This document shows positions 46,512 through 60,138 of a stretch of 64,000 nt of DNA, piece by piece. Position numbers and translations under genes: made by a program. Origin of the DNA: Oikopleura dioica. Taxonomy: Eukaryota; Animalia; Chordata. Each line of letters starts with the position of its first letter. Position 1 is the first letter of the stretch. The notes beneath the pieces were generated by a model. The model had not been told where the DNA came from, did not search any database, and saw nothing but the letters and a program-made list of their open reading frames with translations. The stretch lies in assembly GCA_907165135.1 (NCBI GenBank), contig OU015567.1:3286001-3350000 (forward strand), in the 5' to 3' direction.

Positions 46512-48328
46512 ATGGCGGAACAAATTGATGTTGATGATGAAGGTACTTTTTTCAAGCTTTCTTTTATGATGAAAAATGTCGTTGTTATTATTGCGTAATA
46601 ACGTAAAGAAGCGCCGAGATCATCAAAACCCTGGGTTAATAAGTTCCGTGATTTTATCCTTTAGTTTTCCGACCAAGAACTAGTTCATCTCCTGGCGAAG
46701 GAAAATGTCAAAAAATATCAATCATCAAATAAAAAAGGAAAACTCTGATATTTTTTAACATGATGAAAAGTGATGAAGAAGCATCCCAATCCATTTTCGA
46801 AGAAAAACGCACGGCGAAACACGCGAACTGCCTCGGATTTGCTTGCGGAAATGAACAGCAGGTTCGTTGAATAAACTCTTTGAAGGTACTGAAATATTAA
46901 CGCGCTCTGCGACCAGGAGGACAAGTCAAGCGGTCGAAAACGTGGGAATAGTCATGCCTCTCGACCAGTGCCAACAGAATGACAAAAATCACCAGAGAAA
47001 CCATAACCACCAACACCTCAAGTACGACCTGGAGACGGAAGTAAGTGAGAAATTGATTCTCAACGATAAAGTTTAAAATTTTAAGAGTGATTTTAAGGAC
47101 TTTTCTCTCATATTAACAAATCGTGATAAATACGAAATTTGTAGCTATTTTCCTGTTTTTTCTAAATATTTATAGAAAATTTTATAAGTTTGACTTTTGT
47201 CAAACTGAGGACTTCCCCTACCACTTAACTTTATGCATATTAACTTCTTTCGTTAAATTTACTTATCAATTTTACTAAGAAATTTCAGAACCCAAAATCA
47301 AGTAAAACATTAAAAAACCAGTTTATCAGACACCGGCTATTTAGATTTTTTACCTTTTAAAAATTCACGCGACGAATTGATGACGCTTTCCTCTCTATAA
47401 TTAACGTATCTATTCGACAACGAAGAAGCGGCTCAGAGCCGGCTCTTAACTCATCTTTTTTAAGTTCTTGAATAAGTTATTCGGCGATATTAAATCAGCC
47501 GACTACATTTTCCTCGTTGTCGGTGTCTTGGTGACGATTTTGGTGATTGCCAGTGATACTTTGTTTTGCTTGAATGCTGACAGGAATGGAGCTTATTTTT
47601 CCTTGCAATAATTATCAAAAAAAAAAATGTCAAAATAAGCCGCCCAGAATTTACCAAGAAAAACTTCTTCCATGGCAAATTAGCCTTTCCAGGTATGTTT
47701 TCTCCCTTTTCAATTTTTCCTGAATATTTCTAGCATCTTGGTCTGCACCCTTATTTCTCTCCTTGCTGGATGGTGCCAGCTTCGAAAAAACTCGACAATA
47801 TTTCTTCTTATAACAGCTGAAATCGCGCTACTGGGATTTTTGCTTGGAGGAGGGCTGACTTATGTGCATATTTTGAGGATCAGTAAAAGCTGGTATTTGG
47901 TCGAGTTGGGGATGATTTTGAGCTTGAGTCTTTCCTCATTGAGTTTTCTTCTTTTGGTAAGTTTTCTATTTGGATCCAAAGAAAGAATTATTGAAAATCG
48001 TCCAAGATAAGCTCCTTTTTGATTGGCTATTAGCCTTTAAAGGATCAAATACGGGCCGTTGATTGGCTTAACGGACCCCTTTATCTATGATTGCCCATTT
48101 TTTAAAGTAAAAAGGTCCCAAATAAGTCTCCCTTTGAATTATCTCTTTTTATAGTCCTATGTGGTCTACCAAGTCCAATACGTCATCCGCCGGTTAATGT
48201 ACGACACAGAAATGCACGCATTCGAGCAATCCAGACAAATATCCATGATCGACAAACTCATTGTCAACGTCGACATGGCCACAACAGCAACAGTTCTTCT
48301 TCCTTCTGAAAAGCCGTCAACACCTTGA
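46512..48328 (+). CDS. Four-TM (claudin/PMP22-like) membrane protein with a long hydrophilic N-terminus
   Basis: TM segments YIFLVVGVLVTILVIA, ILVCTLISLLAGW, IFLLITAEIALLGFLLGGGL, LVELGMILSLSLSSLSFLLLSYVV. Confidence 0.5.
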
Positions 48329-48402
48329 TCGTTTATTCTTGTTTAATATATTGATTTTTCTACTGAAAACGTAATTTTCTGCGAAAGTGCTGCAGAGCAG
48401 GT

Positions 48403-50917
48403 TCATTTCAATTCGTTGGCGCGGCTCCAACGCAATTCAGAAAAATGCGCTCTAATTCCGAAACCGGTGAATTCTAAGAAAACCTCGCGATTCTTGATAA
48501 CCGCGAGCTCTCCTTGGTAAACTTCGGTATTCTTTTATCAGAAAAAATATTTGAATTTGTCCTTAGAACAATGATAACAATATAAGCTATATTACCGGTA
48601 TATAGTTAATATTAAGGTATATTATTATATTATATAACATTGCCAATTTCAATATCAGAGAACTTTTGTAAAAGAACTTTTTAACAAATTGCTACTAGCA
48701 TCTAAGATGGAATGAACATGTTGAAAATTGTAAAACATAGAAAAAGATCAGAACCTTGATATTCAAAGAAGAACCATAGGATATACATCGTGGATAAAAG
48801 TGTAAAAACCGGGCTTTTTCATCCTTGAACTTGCTGCATGTTACCTTGGTGACCTTTTGGCTAAAATATTTCGCCATAAAGTTCATAGATGAAGGTTCGA
48901 AATGATGAAGGATTAAAGAGGGCACCTCTTGGTCAAGCTAGGTTTTGACGGAAAATTTTTAGTGAGTCTTATATTTGTAGGGATTAAGTATTTTTTTATA
49001 TTCTTTCCTTTATTCGAACCCTGTTTGACTACATTTGTTTTGTGTTTTCAAGATCCATATTTAACAATTAAATTAACATAAATATAAGAATATCATAAGA
49101 TTATATCATAATAAATGATCATAATTGTCTTCAAAACATTTGTTTAATCAAAACTCAAATTAATTATTTCTTTCTTCGATTCAAAAGTTATATCAAGCTT
49201 AAATATAAATTGATCAAAGAAGAAAGCTGTCGAAATGGTTTTTCCTCAGAAACGGTATTGCTCTCCCCCAATACATTGAACCGATTTGAATCCCGGAGAG
49301 AGCTGGCTTCGAGTGGTAACTCTGTAATTTAGGGATCGGCAACAGATCCAAAAATCCCAAAATTTACCTAGACGATCAATTTCGAGAGCCGCGGCTCAAC
49401 GAATTCTTTTAGAAAACCGCTCGCTCAAATCAACAAAAATCGCAAATGCAAGCACAATTATTAAATGATCCCTATTTCAGTCTATTCCAAAATGATGAGT
49501 TGTCACTTCGTTGGGTTCCACTAATGTTCTCTGGGTTGATTTAGAAGTCACCGCAGTCGACAGTTGCGGGTTCAATCCGACACTCGACGAATCCCAAAAA
49601 CCGCACAATGGACAGTCAGAAGTTTCTTAGAAATTTTTTTGAAAATCAGCTTTTTTGAAAATAATTTTAATTGAGAGCAATTAACCAGTAATGTCAACCT
49701 GTGAAGAATCCTGAGTCAGGGCCTTTCAATTATAAAAATCATTAAAATTCGCGGAAAACGCTGAGATTGCAAAGTGAGCTCGTTAAGAATGAGGCGGAGA
49801 GATTGGCGACGTGGGTTAAACCCAGCGACGTTGTAAAACAAACTCTGCCCATCGCTGGGGGTAGTAAGGTTAGTCGCGCTTATTTGCTCAGCGGCTGGCG
49901 GTCCAAGGCGTGATTGCGATGTTTTAAATTTACCGAGACCGTTCAACCAACCACCAAGACGAAATTTCGCGGAAAAACCTTCGGCGAAAAATGACGTGAG
50001 CACGATTCTGTTTCTCTTTCGCAATAATCATTTCGCCAAAAACAACATGAAGATTTCGAAGAAAAGTTTTTGGCATCGCCGTTTTTGGCAGAATTTTCAT
50101 CCCTTGTCGATCACGGCCAAAAACACTTGTGACGTAAAAACGGTAAAGTCTCCTTCCTTGTTGTTGCATAATACGGGATGACTTGGCATAAGTGGTTGAG
50201 GACTATCCCCCTTGACACTCGAACCAAGTGTCCTTGAAGATAGCGTAAGCGATAACGTGTATTACGCTCGTTCCATGAAGAGCTGAAACGTTTCGTCCAC
50301 TCAGCGGAAAAAGGTGAAAACTGAAAATTAACAAGATTTCTGAAAGCATCTAAATATACGTTGCGAATGAGATTTTTTCGATTTGGGAACCAAAAATAGA
50401 AAGGCGCTTAGGGTAAATCATTTACTAAGAACTTCTTCCAACTCAGCGAATTCAACCCTGACGCATCCACGGTAGTCCTGGGGAGATAAGGGAGGATGGG
50501 TTCCTGGTCCGAAAGTGATAATGTCAGAAGCGCGGGTTTTTATCAGTCTACCCAAGACACATATTGAACGTGGCCAAGAAGACTTGAAATTCTCGAAAAA
50601 AATCCCTGTCAAAATTTTATTCCAAAAAAATTAGAGGAAAGAACAGATTACGAACGATGAGAAGTTGATCTTCTGAGCATCTTGATCTCCGATGTAATGT
50701 GGTCCTAAAAAAGAGCATGCTTATTTCGAACATAAACAAAGCAACAAACCGATAGTTCATCCGCAATGTCACCAGCCGTCAGTTTCGCTTTGAGCATCGC
50801 AATAGTCAGGGATCGGTCAGGAACATGAATGTACGATTGATAGTGCTGATGCCTCACAAATGCATAGGGATAGCAAGAGACAAGGCCGAGTAGAGAGGAA
50901 AGAACTTGGATTTTCAT
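48403..50917 (-). CDS. Hypothetical secreted multi-exon protein (weak CUB-like GFxAxF motifs); may be more than one gene
   Basis: Signal MKIQVLSSLLGLVSC; exons with RIVLTSFFAEGFSAKF and EVFLEFTGFGIRAHF. The full path is not resolved. Confidence 0.3.
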
Positions 50918-51635
50918 CGTACTTTTCGAACTTTGGAGTATGAGGATCGGAGAGAACTGGGGAGCTTTTTATGGACACTTGTTATCATGTTTGCTCCTGG
51001 GTGGCGATCATGCTGGAGGAGATATAATTGTTCATGTTTGACAAGATCTTGGGATTGGAACATCTTGTTGTACATTTGTACTCTGAACAATCAATCTAAC
51101 ATTAGCCGACTGTTTGATACCATTCTCGAGGATACTGAAGACAAATATAGAATTGACATACATCAATCAATTCTTAAGTTTATTTTCTAAATAAAAATAA
51201 AATTACTTGTTGAGCAACTTCCAAGTTACTTTTTGAATTTGCTCACTGTTATTTCAAGGTGGGGGTTAACACGTCGTGGATGGAGGTGGAGGGGCCGGGG
51301 CTAAGGCGATTTGCGGCGGCTCCCGGATTGCGCACTCGACCGCAAAACCGCTCCAAGATTTCTTTGAACATGAACGGACAACTCATGACGAGGAGTCCAG
51401 ACTCGCAAAAAGCAACGTTTCGTCTTTTCATGAAGACTTTGGAAAACCATCCCCCCGGAAATGTCAAAGGCAAGTTCTAGTGCCAAGAAGCAAACAGTCA
51501 ATTAAAAGCCGTCCAATTAGAATCTGATCGGTGATTAATCGTTTGCTCGTAAAGATAAGCATTTTTGATGGGCTCGGTCAATACATAAATACGATTACAC
51601 TCCCACAAATTTGAATCTGAAAACAAAAAAAAAAG

Positions 51636-52979
51636 ATGAAGGTCGATATTCACAACCATATTTTACCAAGAGAATGGCCAAATTTAAAAGAACGATACGG
51701 GTAAGCATCTTTTTTTGCTTATCAAAAACGCGTTTTTGTGTGAAAGAGAAATAGTGCACTTGTTTCCCGAAGAAAAATGATTATATAAGAAAAGAAAACA
51801 TGTGTTAACATTGGTAGAAAACTTACACTTGTAGCTCCAGAGTTCATAATATTTCAAACACGAAAACTGATGCTCAAAAATTTCTTTTGAAGATATGGCG
51901 GTTTCATCCAGCTCAAGCACCGAGAAGACGGCCGGGCAGATATGATGAAGGACGAAACTTTCTTCCGGACAATCGAGCCGAATTGCTGGGACCCAAAAGC
52001 GCGTCTAGCAGACATGGACCGAACTGGAGTGACTGTTCAAGTTTTGAGCACTGTTCCCGTCATGTTTTCTTACTGGGCCAAAGCTGCTGACTGCGCGGAC
52101 TTGTGCAAAATTATTAATGACGATTTGGACTCGACGGTCAAGCAGTATCCGAAAAGATTCTTGGCTCTTGGCACGCTTCCGATGCAAGATGTGTACTTGT
52201 CTATCGCGGAAATGGAGCGATGCAAAAAAAGAAACGGGGATTGTTGGTTTTGAGATCGGAACGACCATCAATGACAGAAACTTGGACGACCCATATTATG
52301 ATCCTTTGTGGGCAGCTGGTGAGATCTTCTTTGATTCCCTTTCTTATCAAGTGTTTAGCTGTGGAGCTGGATTTCTCTTTCTTCATTCATCCTTGGGATT
52401 TTCAGCGAGGAGGGTGCCTGGAAGCCTACTGGTCTCCCTGGCTGACTGGAATGCCTCAGAGAACTGCTCATGCTGCTTTGTGCCTCATTCTTGGAGGCGT
52501 CTTGGACAGATTTCCTTCGGCGAGATTTTGTCTTGCTCATGGCGGTGGGGCGTTTCCATTCACAATAGGACCGGTTTTCTTAAGATTTAAGGAAGATGAT
52601 TTTTTGTTTTGAAAACCAAAACCAGGAAGATTTCAGCACGGGCACTTTTGTCGACCTGATTTGTGCGCTACCAATTGCGAAAAGACTCCAAAAGAGTATC
52701 TCGGCAAAATTTGGACGGATTCACTTGTTCATGACGATCGTGCTCTAGAATTTCTCGTCGACATCATTGGCAAAAATCGAGTCTTGCTTGGAAGCGACTA
52801 TCCTTTTCCGCTTGGAGAAATTGATAGAGAGGGAAAAGTTGTCGAAGATGCAAAGTTTTTGACTGCAGAAGAAAAGGTTAGTTTAGGTGGTGAATAAATT
52901 GATGATTTTTTTCTAGGAAAATATTCTTGCGAACAATGTTTTTGAATTTCTTGGTGTAGAAAGGGAGCGCTTTGAATGA
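51636..52979 (+). CDS. ACMSD: 2-amino-3-carboxymuconate-6-semialdehyde decarboxylase (amidohydrolase 2), with an apparent +1 frameshift at 52224-52230
   Basis: [69 protein letters not shown]. Confidence 0.95.
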
Positions 52980-54313
52980 TGTCTGTTGAGTTCTTTTTAT
53001 TGTTTGAATAAACCTAAAAAATAATATTTTCTTGCTTCTTGAAGACGCTGTGAATCATATCAGTAAGCAACTTTGGCTAGTCCGAAGAACTACCGGAGTC
53101 TGTTCCTTAACGTGTTCGGAATTCTGAGACAAGTTCTGGACATAGTGCGCGGCTCGCCCGCCCCTGCCACTTTGCTCTCCTTGTAAAAATGCGAAAAAGA
53201 CACGGAGCCAGCACCAAGGGGCTCCATCAACCTCAGTTGCCACTAGCAATTTGCACTACTCGTATGCACTACGACTTGAGGGCCAACGTCACTGCCGACC
53301 TTAGGAACATTCTTTATTTCCTGTCTCTAGAATGATTTTGCTTTTGATGAATTTTATTCCAATCTGGGTAGTTTTGAAAACTCTTTTAAAATGGACGACA
53401 ATCAAAATCGACAAATTGAAGATGAAATAGAGGTCAATTTTTTGGACCCTTTGGCGATTTGCGCAACTACAATTGTAAGTCTCGAAAGCAAAAAGTTGAA
53501 AATAATTTCTAGTTTGCTTTCGTTCTTTATTGTCTGAATTTCTCGCTGGAACTTGATGCTTTTTGGACAACAATTACTTCTTAGAAGAAATACATTCATT
53601 CATTCAAGGTTACTTTAATCGAAAAATTGACGGAAATAAGTTCTTTCAGCCCTCAAATCGGATGAATCTTCAACAGATCTTGATTGCCTGCTCTGCTGGG
53701 TAAAAACTGATATCGCATGTTTTTTCCTGTTCTTCATTATATTTATTTTCTTTCATGAACACTTTCACCCTGTTGACTTTCTGAAAGCTGTCAAATATCT
53801 TCTTTGAAAATTGAAATAATAAAAAATCGCGATAATTTGTCTGAAAATGTTCAATATAAAAAGCTTGCAAAAAACATAGACACTTTCTATGATGGAAGGT
53901 CGAGTCGAGGAGTTATGTTCCTGGAATGTTCACGGAACGGCTGCTCACTATTGGAATGGCAAAGGGTCGCGACCGATGACGTAAAACGCGAATTGCACAA
54001 AGATGAAGATCGAAGTGAAAGTTGCATTCAATTTCACCTTACACCGAAAAGAGATCTGAGATCTTCAACTTTACCAAAAAAATTTCTTTGAATTTTATTA
54101 TAATAATTGATACTAAAGTTTCTTGCGCAAAAACAGCAAGAAAAGTTGCATGAACCTGATAGCGATAAACGTTCATCCGCGAATATAATCTGTTGATATG
54201 CAAATCTTTAGAGCAATTATTTCCTTATTAAAATGTATCTCGCTTTTAGAGGCCATAAAATTGTACTTTTGAATGAGCGGTGTATTTAGATAAGGAACAT
54301 GGCAATTATCAAA

Positions 54314-56350
54314 TTATCTGTTTTCTCGGCGCAAAGCTTCGATTTCATTCACAAGTTGGCAGATCACACATGGGCAGAAGATGTAGGAAACGAGACAGTC
54401 TTAAAATCAAATAATCAGTATCAAGTCATCTCTTAAAATCACCTGAACAAGAAGTCCCTTGAATATCAAAAAGCATCCTAAATTTCGTTCGCATACTCGC
54501 GACTCCTCCGCAGCATAAAATTGAGCCAAAGGGTTCACCAAGAATTGTTGCTATTTTTATCCCTAGAATACATGGGACGACCCCTGTCAGTAGCGTAGAA
54601 GAGTCTATCAGACAGCCGAAGAGACCAGACTTCCATCTCTTCCCACGATTATTTCTCATGTCTTGTCAAGGCTACTCTTTTTCTTCATTCATCAAAAATA
54701 CGTAGTGCTGATAAAATTCATCCCTACTACCGAAAAATAAATGGAGAAGCCTGACCCATAAGAATTTGAGTAGGAGTGCGTTTTAGCTCCGTTTTTGGTT
54801 GGGCCTTCTTTGGCGGTGTCACTTCTATCGATTCTGAAGATTCTTCTGATGTCTCTTCTGAACTCTCGGAAACACTTTTTGAGACTGATGGAATTTCCTT
54901 GACTTTGACAGTTTCATGAAACGAAATTCCTTTTGTCAAAGGTTTCTTATCTTTTAGTTCTTCTGTTGTGATTTCTTTACTTGATGATCTATAAATGGCT
55001 GTCTTTCCCCTCTTATCAGAACCTACCTACCTTGTAACTTGTTGCTGAACAAAAACAGCTGCTTGGCCTGGAAGATGCATATTCAAACGTTGTTCTTGAG
55101 TTCCGACCATTTGCTGCATCAGCATTTGTTGCGACGCATTTTGGGACGGATGATTGCTGAAATTCATCATCTCGCTGTTTTGGTGATAAATTTGTTCTTG
55201 CATCATTTGCCCTTGCATAATCTGTTCTTGATGAAAATTCGATTGTAGATTTCTCTCTGGCATGATCGCCAATCCTTGTTCAAACGAAGGAGCTCCGAAT
55301 TGATTAAAAGCGTCCATGTTATTCTGTCCTCCTTGATTCCATCCTCTGGGTTGCTCGAGGACGGGGTCGATGAATGGCTGGCGGTTGCCGTAAACCGAGT
55401 GCATAGCATTTCCATCTGGCATCCCAGAACGAACCGATCCATCGGAAAATGCCGAGGAGAAATCATCGCCCTGACCGACGATGTTTTGATTGTCTCCATA
55501 GAGATCTGAACGTTTTAGCCGCACTTCATCTGGAATCCTGTCGAGATTACGCTCATGCGCGTAGTGGGCCAAGGCAGACGCATTTCTTGTCATTCGCCCG
55601 ACTGTCTTGAAGTGTATCTAGAAAATTAAAATATCAATTTCAAAATACATCATTTATATCATTATTTATTCAATATTACTAATATTACTATATATAACTG
55701 TTATCAAGTTTATCAAGGAACAAGCTCTGATGATGGTCGTCCGACCGAAAACGTTCAGCAAACTGCAATAAACTCCTACATTTATATATATAACTGTATA
55801 TAACTAATATTATATTAATCATTGATTAATAATCAAGGATTTTGATATTTCGTTTTCACCTTTTTTCGCCTTCTTCCACTGGGAGAGCCTCTTCTAGAGC
55901 TTTTTCTCGACCCTCCCCTTGATCGATCACCACTTCGATAAGAGCTTCCGCTTCCTCGACGAGACCCTCTCCTCGACCTTGGAGACCCCTTTCTTGACTT
56001 TGGAGATCCTTTTCTTGATCTTTATGATGATGAAAATCAAGGACCTTTTTGTGAAATCAAGGAAGAGAACAACGATTTTCGCCATTTTCTTGATTCATAA
56101 TAATCATCTCTTCTTTCTCCCCTCCTATCATCATCTCTTCTGTCTCCTCTTCGATCCCCTTTCCGATCGTCATCCCTTCTTCGATAATCATCATCCCTTC
56201 TATCTTTCTCTTTTCTACGATTTCCTCCGTCACCTTTTCTCTCATCTCTTTCCTCCATTTTATCAAATTTCTGTTCAGAATCAAAAATAAAGTCTGCAAT
56301 GAAAAACAGTTCCTTCGATCAGATCTCTCTCCTCGTCTTCCTTGTCCCAT
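54314..56350 (-). CDS. PLAC8/cornifelin-domain protein with a long RD/RS-rich, Gln/Met-rich and Ser/Glu-rich N-terminal extension
   Basis: WKSGLFGCL..VVPC..LGE..SMRTKFRMLFDIQGTSCSDCLVSYIFCPCVICQLVNE. The PLAC8 exon joins the 54727-54990 and 55027-55593 exons in frame. Confidence 0.7.
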
Positions 56351-56499
56351 TTTTTTAAAGATTTTTCTTCGCGGTTTTTCCAGCTGATGATCTGAGGATC
56401 AGGTGCAGCGCTTTAACAATTCAAGAGTAAGACAGTGCGCAGTTCCGCTCGTCGTAGAAAGAAGATAATTTATTAACCACAGCTACCTTTTTTGTAGTT

Positions 56500-57282
56500 G
56501 CACTTGTATTTTAGAACTCATTGACCGGCATGCAGATCGACAGAATAATACAAGATAAAAAGAAGAATTGATGTCAACTCAGCACTTAAAAAATTGACCT
56601 TTGGAAGCTTCTTCGAAAATAGACTCAGCATCACATGAACGCGATGCTGATTCTCGTCGGGGGCTTGATTTACCGTAGCGTCAGAAAATGACCAGTCTAA
56701 AGTGAACTCGTGAAATATTCGAATACCTTCAGAATATATGGCGCCATATCTTGGGATTTTAAACTCGTCGCGGATTTTGAACTTTCGAGAAATAGTTTCT
56801 CCGGATAGGTTTGTTTCAACATCTAATTTTTAAATATCTGTTCAAGAGTATGCTTTCTCAAACATGAAAAAAGTAAATCTTCCAAGTAAAATTTTTATCA
56901 ATATACCATTAAACAGATCACGTATTCACAGTGATTGTTGAATTCACTTCTGATTCAGCGATCGTGAACACTTTTCCAGACATTAAATTTCTTACTGAAG
57001 ATAGGTATGTGCCTTAATCTTTAAAACATATTTCACGTTTGTTTGAGACACAAGAGACGAAGAGATTACGTACTTGATGCTTTCAGTCAGATCCAGTAAA
57101 GATCTTTTCCAAGAAAATATAAAAAGAAAGACGCAGAAAAGAACGATAACGTAGGGTATGGAAAAGCAGGCAGACGAAACACTCTCTCCCCTTTTTAAAT
57201 CTTGAAAATAACGGTATTTTCCAGCCAAAAAATCGTCCCATGATAATTGTTTTCTCGTGCTCCAATTATCATCGAAACCCAC
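56500..57282 (-). CDS. Hypothetical membrane protein (multi-exon)
   Basis: TM IPYVIVLFCVFLFIFSW followed by several short codon-like exons. Confidence 0.3.
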
Positions 57283-57375
57283 GTGAAAAGTTATATCTTC
57301 GCAATGTCATCTCATCTATAAAAGCCTTTCTCGACCGGGAATTTTCAACCAAAAAACACTGAAAACTTTTAAAAC

Positions 57376-57576
57376 ATGCAAATTTTCCCAATCTTAGCAA
57401 CAATCAGCATGGTCGAGGGTGTCATAAGCTACAGAAAATATGAACGAGTGCTCCAAAACCACGAGCTTTTCAGATCAAAGCAAAAAACATCCGTCTGGTC
57501 GATTGATAAGAAAACAAGGAGGAGAAAGAACTATCTGAGCACCATGTCAAAACTGATAAAACAAAATAAAGATTAA
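57376..57576 (+). CDS. Possible small secreted basic protein
   Basis: MQIFPILATISMVEG signal-like start; TATA-like TATAAAA at about 57317. Confidence 0.3.
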   Translation: MQIFPILATISMVEGVISYRKYERVLQNHELFRSKQKTSVWSIDKKTRRRKNYLSTMSKLIKQNKD

Positions 57577-57709
57577 TTATGCGCCTTTTATGCGTCTTTA
57601 AAAAAGCATTCAAAATAAACCACCAGTATTTCATTTTCGTTTATGAATAAAATAATAAAAACAATCAAATCGGAAAAATCGTATCAAAGAAAAAGCGCGG
57701 TTTTTGACA

Positions 57710-58260
57710 ACATCAATCAGGACGGAAGTCGATTGCTGTTTGGATCTCCTGCGCTAAACGGACTTCTGCATTTGCGATGCAATTTCTTCAACGCGACGAG
57801 TTGTTTTTCAAATCCCATTCGAAACGTTTTGAAACACGTTCTTTTTTCTCCATTTTGAGAATCGTAGAATCTTGATTGTTTTTCATCAAACTCGGACTTC
57901 CTTTTCTTGGGTTCCTGACTCAGTTTTTTCAGAAATTGCCGAGCAGATCTCTTGATGAGAGCCTTAGTTTGCTCATTAGCTGTGTCAATTAAATCAGCAC
58001 CGAGATATCTCCCTCTTCCCTAAGCCGGAAATGCTGACTTTCTGCACTACAAATGGATTTCTCCAAAAAGGTCACTCGACCTGCTGATCCCGCAATAACT
58101 TGCCCAAAGCATCTGGGAAAACAACTTTTTTTCTTCTTTGAACTAGAATTATATCGTAACTACCGGTAGTCATAAAACTTCTGCGAAAGTTTACATTGCG
58201 CGTCAGAAGCTCTTGAGAACACCAGAACAAGACTGGCACTTTGTCACTGATAAAGCGGCG
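57710..58260 (-). CDS. Hypothetical protein (multi-exon, unresolved)
   Basis: Exons PRRFISDKVPVLFWCSQELLTRNVNF and RYLGADLIDTANEQTKALIKRSARQFLKKL with GT/AG borders. Confidence 0.3.
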
Positions 58261-58479
58261 GGGTCTTTAGAACTTTCGTCTGGAAGAGGAAAAATCGCTA
58301 GAATTATTTAATATTGAGAATCTAGCTCTTCAAGATCCACGGTCAAGTAACTCGACCCTCAAGCTGATTGTGTGCTCAGGACGGTTAAAGTAAGTCAGGC
58401 TAAATAAACATCAAATAAACAACTCTGAGAATATCTTCAATCAAGAGGAAGACCGAGGAGAGGGAAATAAATCAAGAGA

Positions 58480-60138
58480 ATGAAGCTCTCGAATTTTCTG
58501 CTTCCAGCGATCGCCTTTGCGGGCGAAAATGATGTTGATTCTGATGTCACCGCTGCTTTCAAAGAGAAGGGATGGGAGTTGTTTTTCAAAAACAATGATA
58601 AGACGTAAGTCCAAAAAGCAAGAAATCATAAAAGAAATTTTTTATTAGTCAGAACTCAGTGATCTCTCCTTATTCGATCATCGGCTCTCTTTATATGGTT
58701 GCTGCTGGGGCTGGTGGAACCTCTCGGGAAGAGATTCTAGCGAGCCTTGACCTGAATCAATACTTTACCACAGAAAGCATTCTTGATCCCTTCACTGCTT
58801 ATCATCAAATTTCGCAAGGACTTCAAGCTAACTCCACTCATTGGGGTCGAAGAAAATCTGATGCTGCATACGAGCTGAAAATCACAAATGGAATGTTTTA
58901 CCAAGAAGGACTTCGAGAAGGCCTGGAAGGAGAACAGCTCGATCCTGGAACCTATGACATTATTTCTAACGATTTCGTGAAAGACCTGGCAAATGTCCGA
59001 GAACTCGATTTTTTCCGAAACTCGAAATCTGCAACGAACGAAATCAATGAATGGGCGGAGGAATCGACAAACGGAAAAATTGTGAAACTATTTAATGACG
59101 ACTTGGATTCTGGTATGACTCATACCGTATGAGCGAACTATCAAGTTGTTACTGACTTATTTCAGACACAAAGGTCGTTCTTGCTTCTGCTCTTTATCTC
59201 AAAGCTCAGTGGATGAATCCCTTCGAAGTATTGACGAACAAAAAACTGAAGAAAATGGGTGAATAACGCTTTATATTTTTAATCATGATGAGTCATTTCA
59301 GGTCTTGATCCGATTGAGTGGTACAATTATGAAACAAATGCCTTCGAAAAACGTTCCGATATTGAATGGTTGTACCAAGAAGCAAACATCAGAACATGGT
59401 CGACGAGATCATGGTCGAATGGCGCGATTGTAAATGTTTATGAGCTTCCAATGTCGATGAAGAGAGGAGGTCAAGATGCATTCAATCAATTGGTAAAATT
59501 TAAACTTATGGCTTTTCATCAAATTTTATTAAGCTGACGGTCCAAATTTGGATGGCTGACGATCCAGAAGAAGATATTTCCGCTGAAATCGCGAAAAACT
59601 ACAATAAAATAAGAACAGAACAAAATCGAAAAAAGCTCAAGTTTTTTATGCCAAAAGTGAAGCTTTCCTTCAAAGAAGATATTAAAGAGAAACTCGAGGT
59701 AAAAACACATATTATTAACAAAAAGAAAAAATTTGAATGAAGGGAATGGGAATCACCGAAATTTTCGAAGAAGGAAATGCTGATTTTTCGCCTTTGTTGG
59801 GGGATAAATCGCGTGCTTTTGTGTCAAAGGTTAACCACGCGGTCGAGTTTGAGATCGATGAGAACGGGATTGAAGGAGCTGCGGTTACTGCTTCTGTTTT
59901 GACGAGGTAAGTCTCCACTCTTCTTTCAGTCAAACTACCGATGAAAGCAGACTCAAATCCGGGGTTACGCCACATCCATTCTAGCCGATCAATGAGTCAA
60001 CCCTCCGTGATCACAATCAACCGGCCCTACTATTTTGTCGTGACAAATCGATGCTGGACGAATGGCAATCAGAAAAATCACTGTCCCTTTGAAAATATCC
60101 CCCTGTTTATCGGTCGCGTCACTGATCCCGCTAAATAA
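58480..60138 (+). CDS. Secreted serpin, predicted P1-P1' Arg-Ser
   Basis: Signal MKLSNFLLPAIAFA; NSVISPYSIIGSLYMVAAGAGGT; INEWAEESTNGKI; hinge EIDENGIEGAAVT; INRPYYF; LFIGRVTDP. Confidence 0.92.

Noticed and set aside
51249-51527. Overlapping ORFs on both strands upstream of ACMSD
   Set aside because: I could not choose a strand or frame, and there is no recognisable motif.
53050-53300. RNase P RNA-like motifs (GGAATTCTGAG on plus; GGAACAGACTC on minus)
   Set aside because: The motifs are on opposite strands, and I found no matching CR-V or P4 pairing partner.
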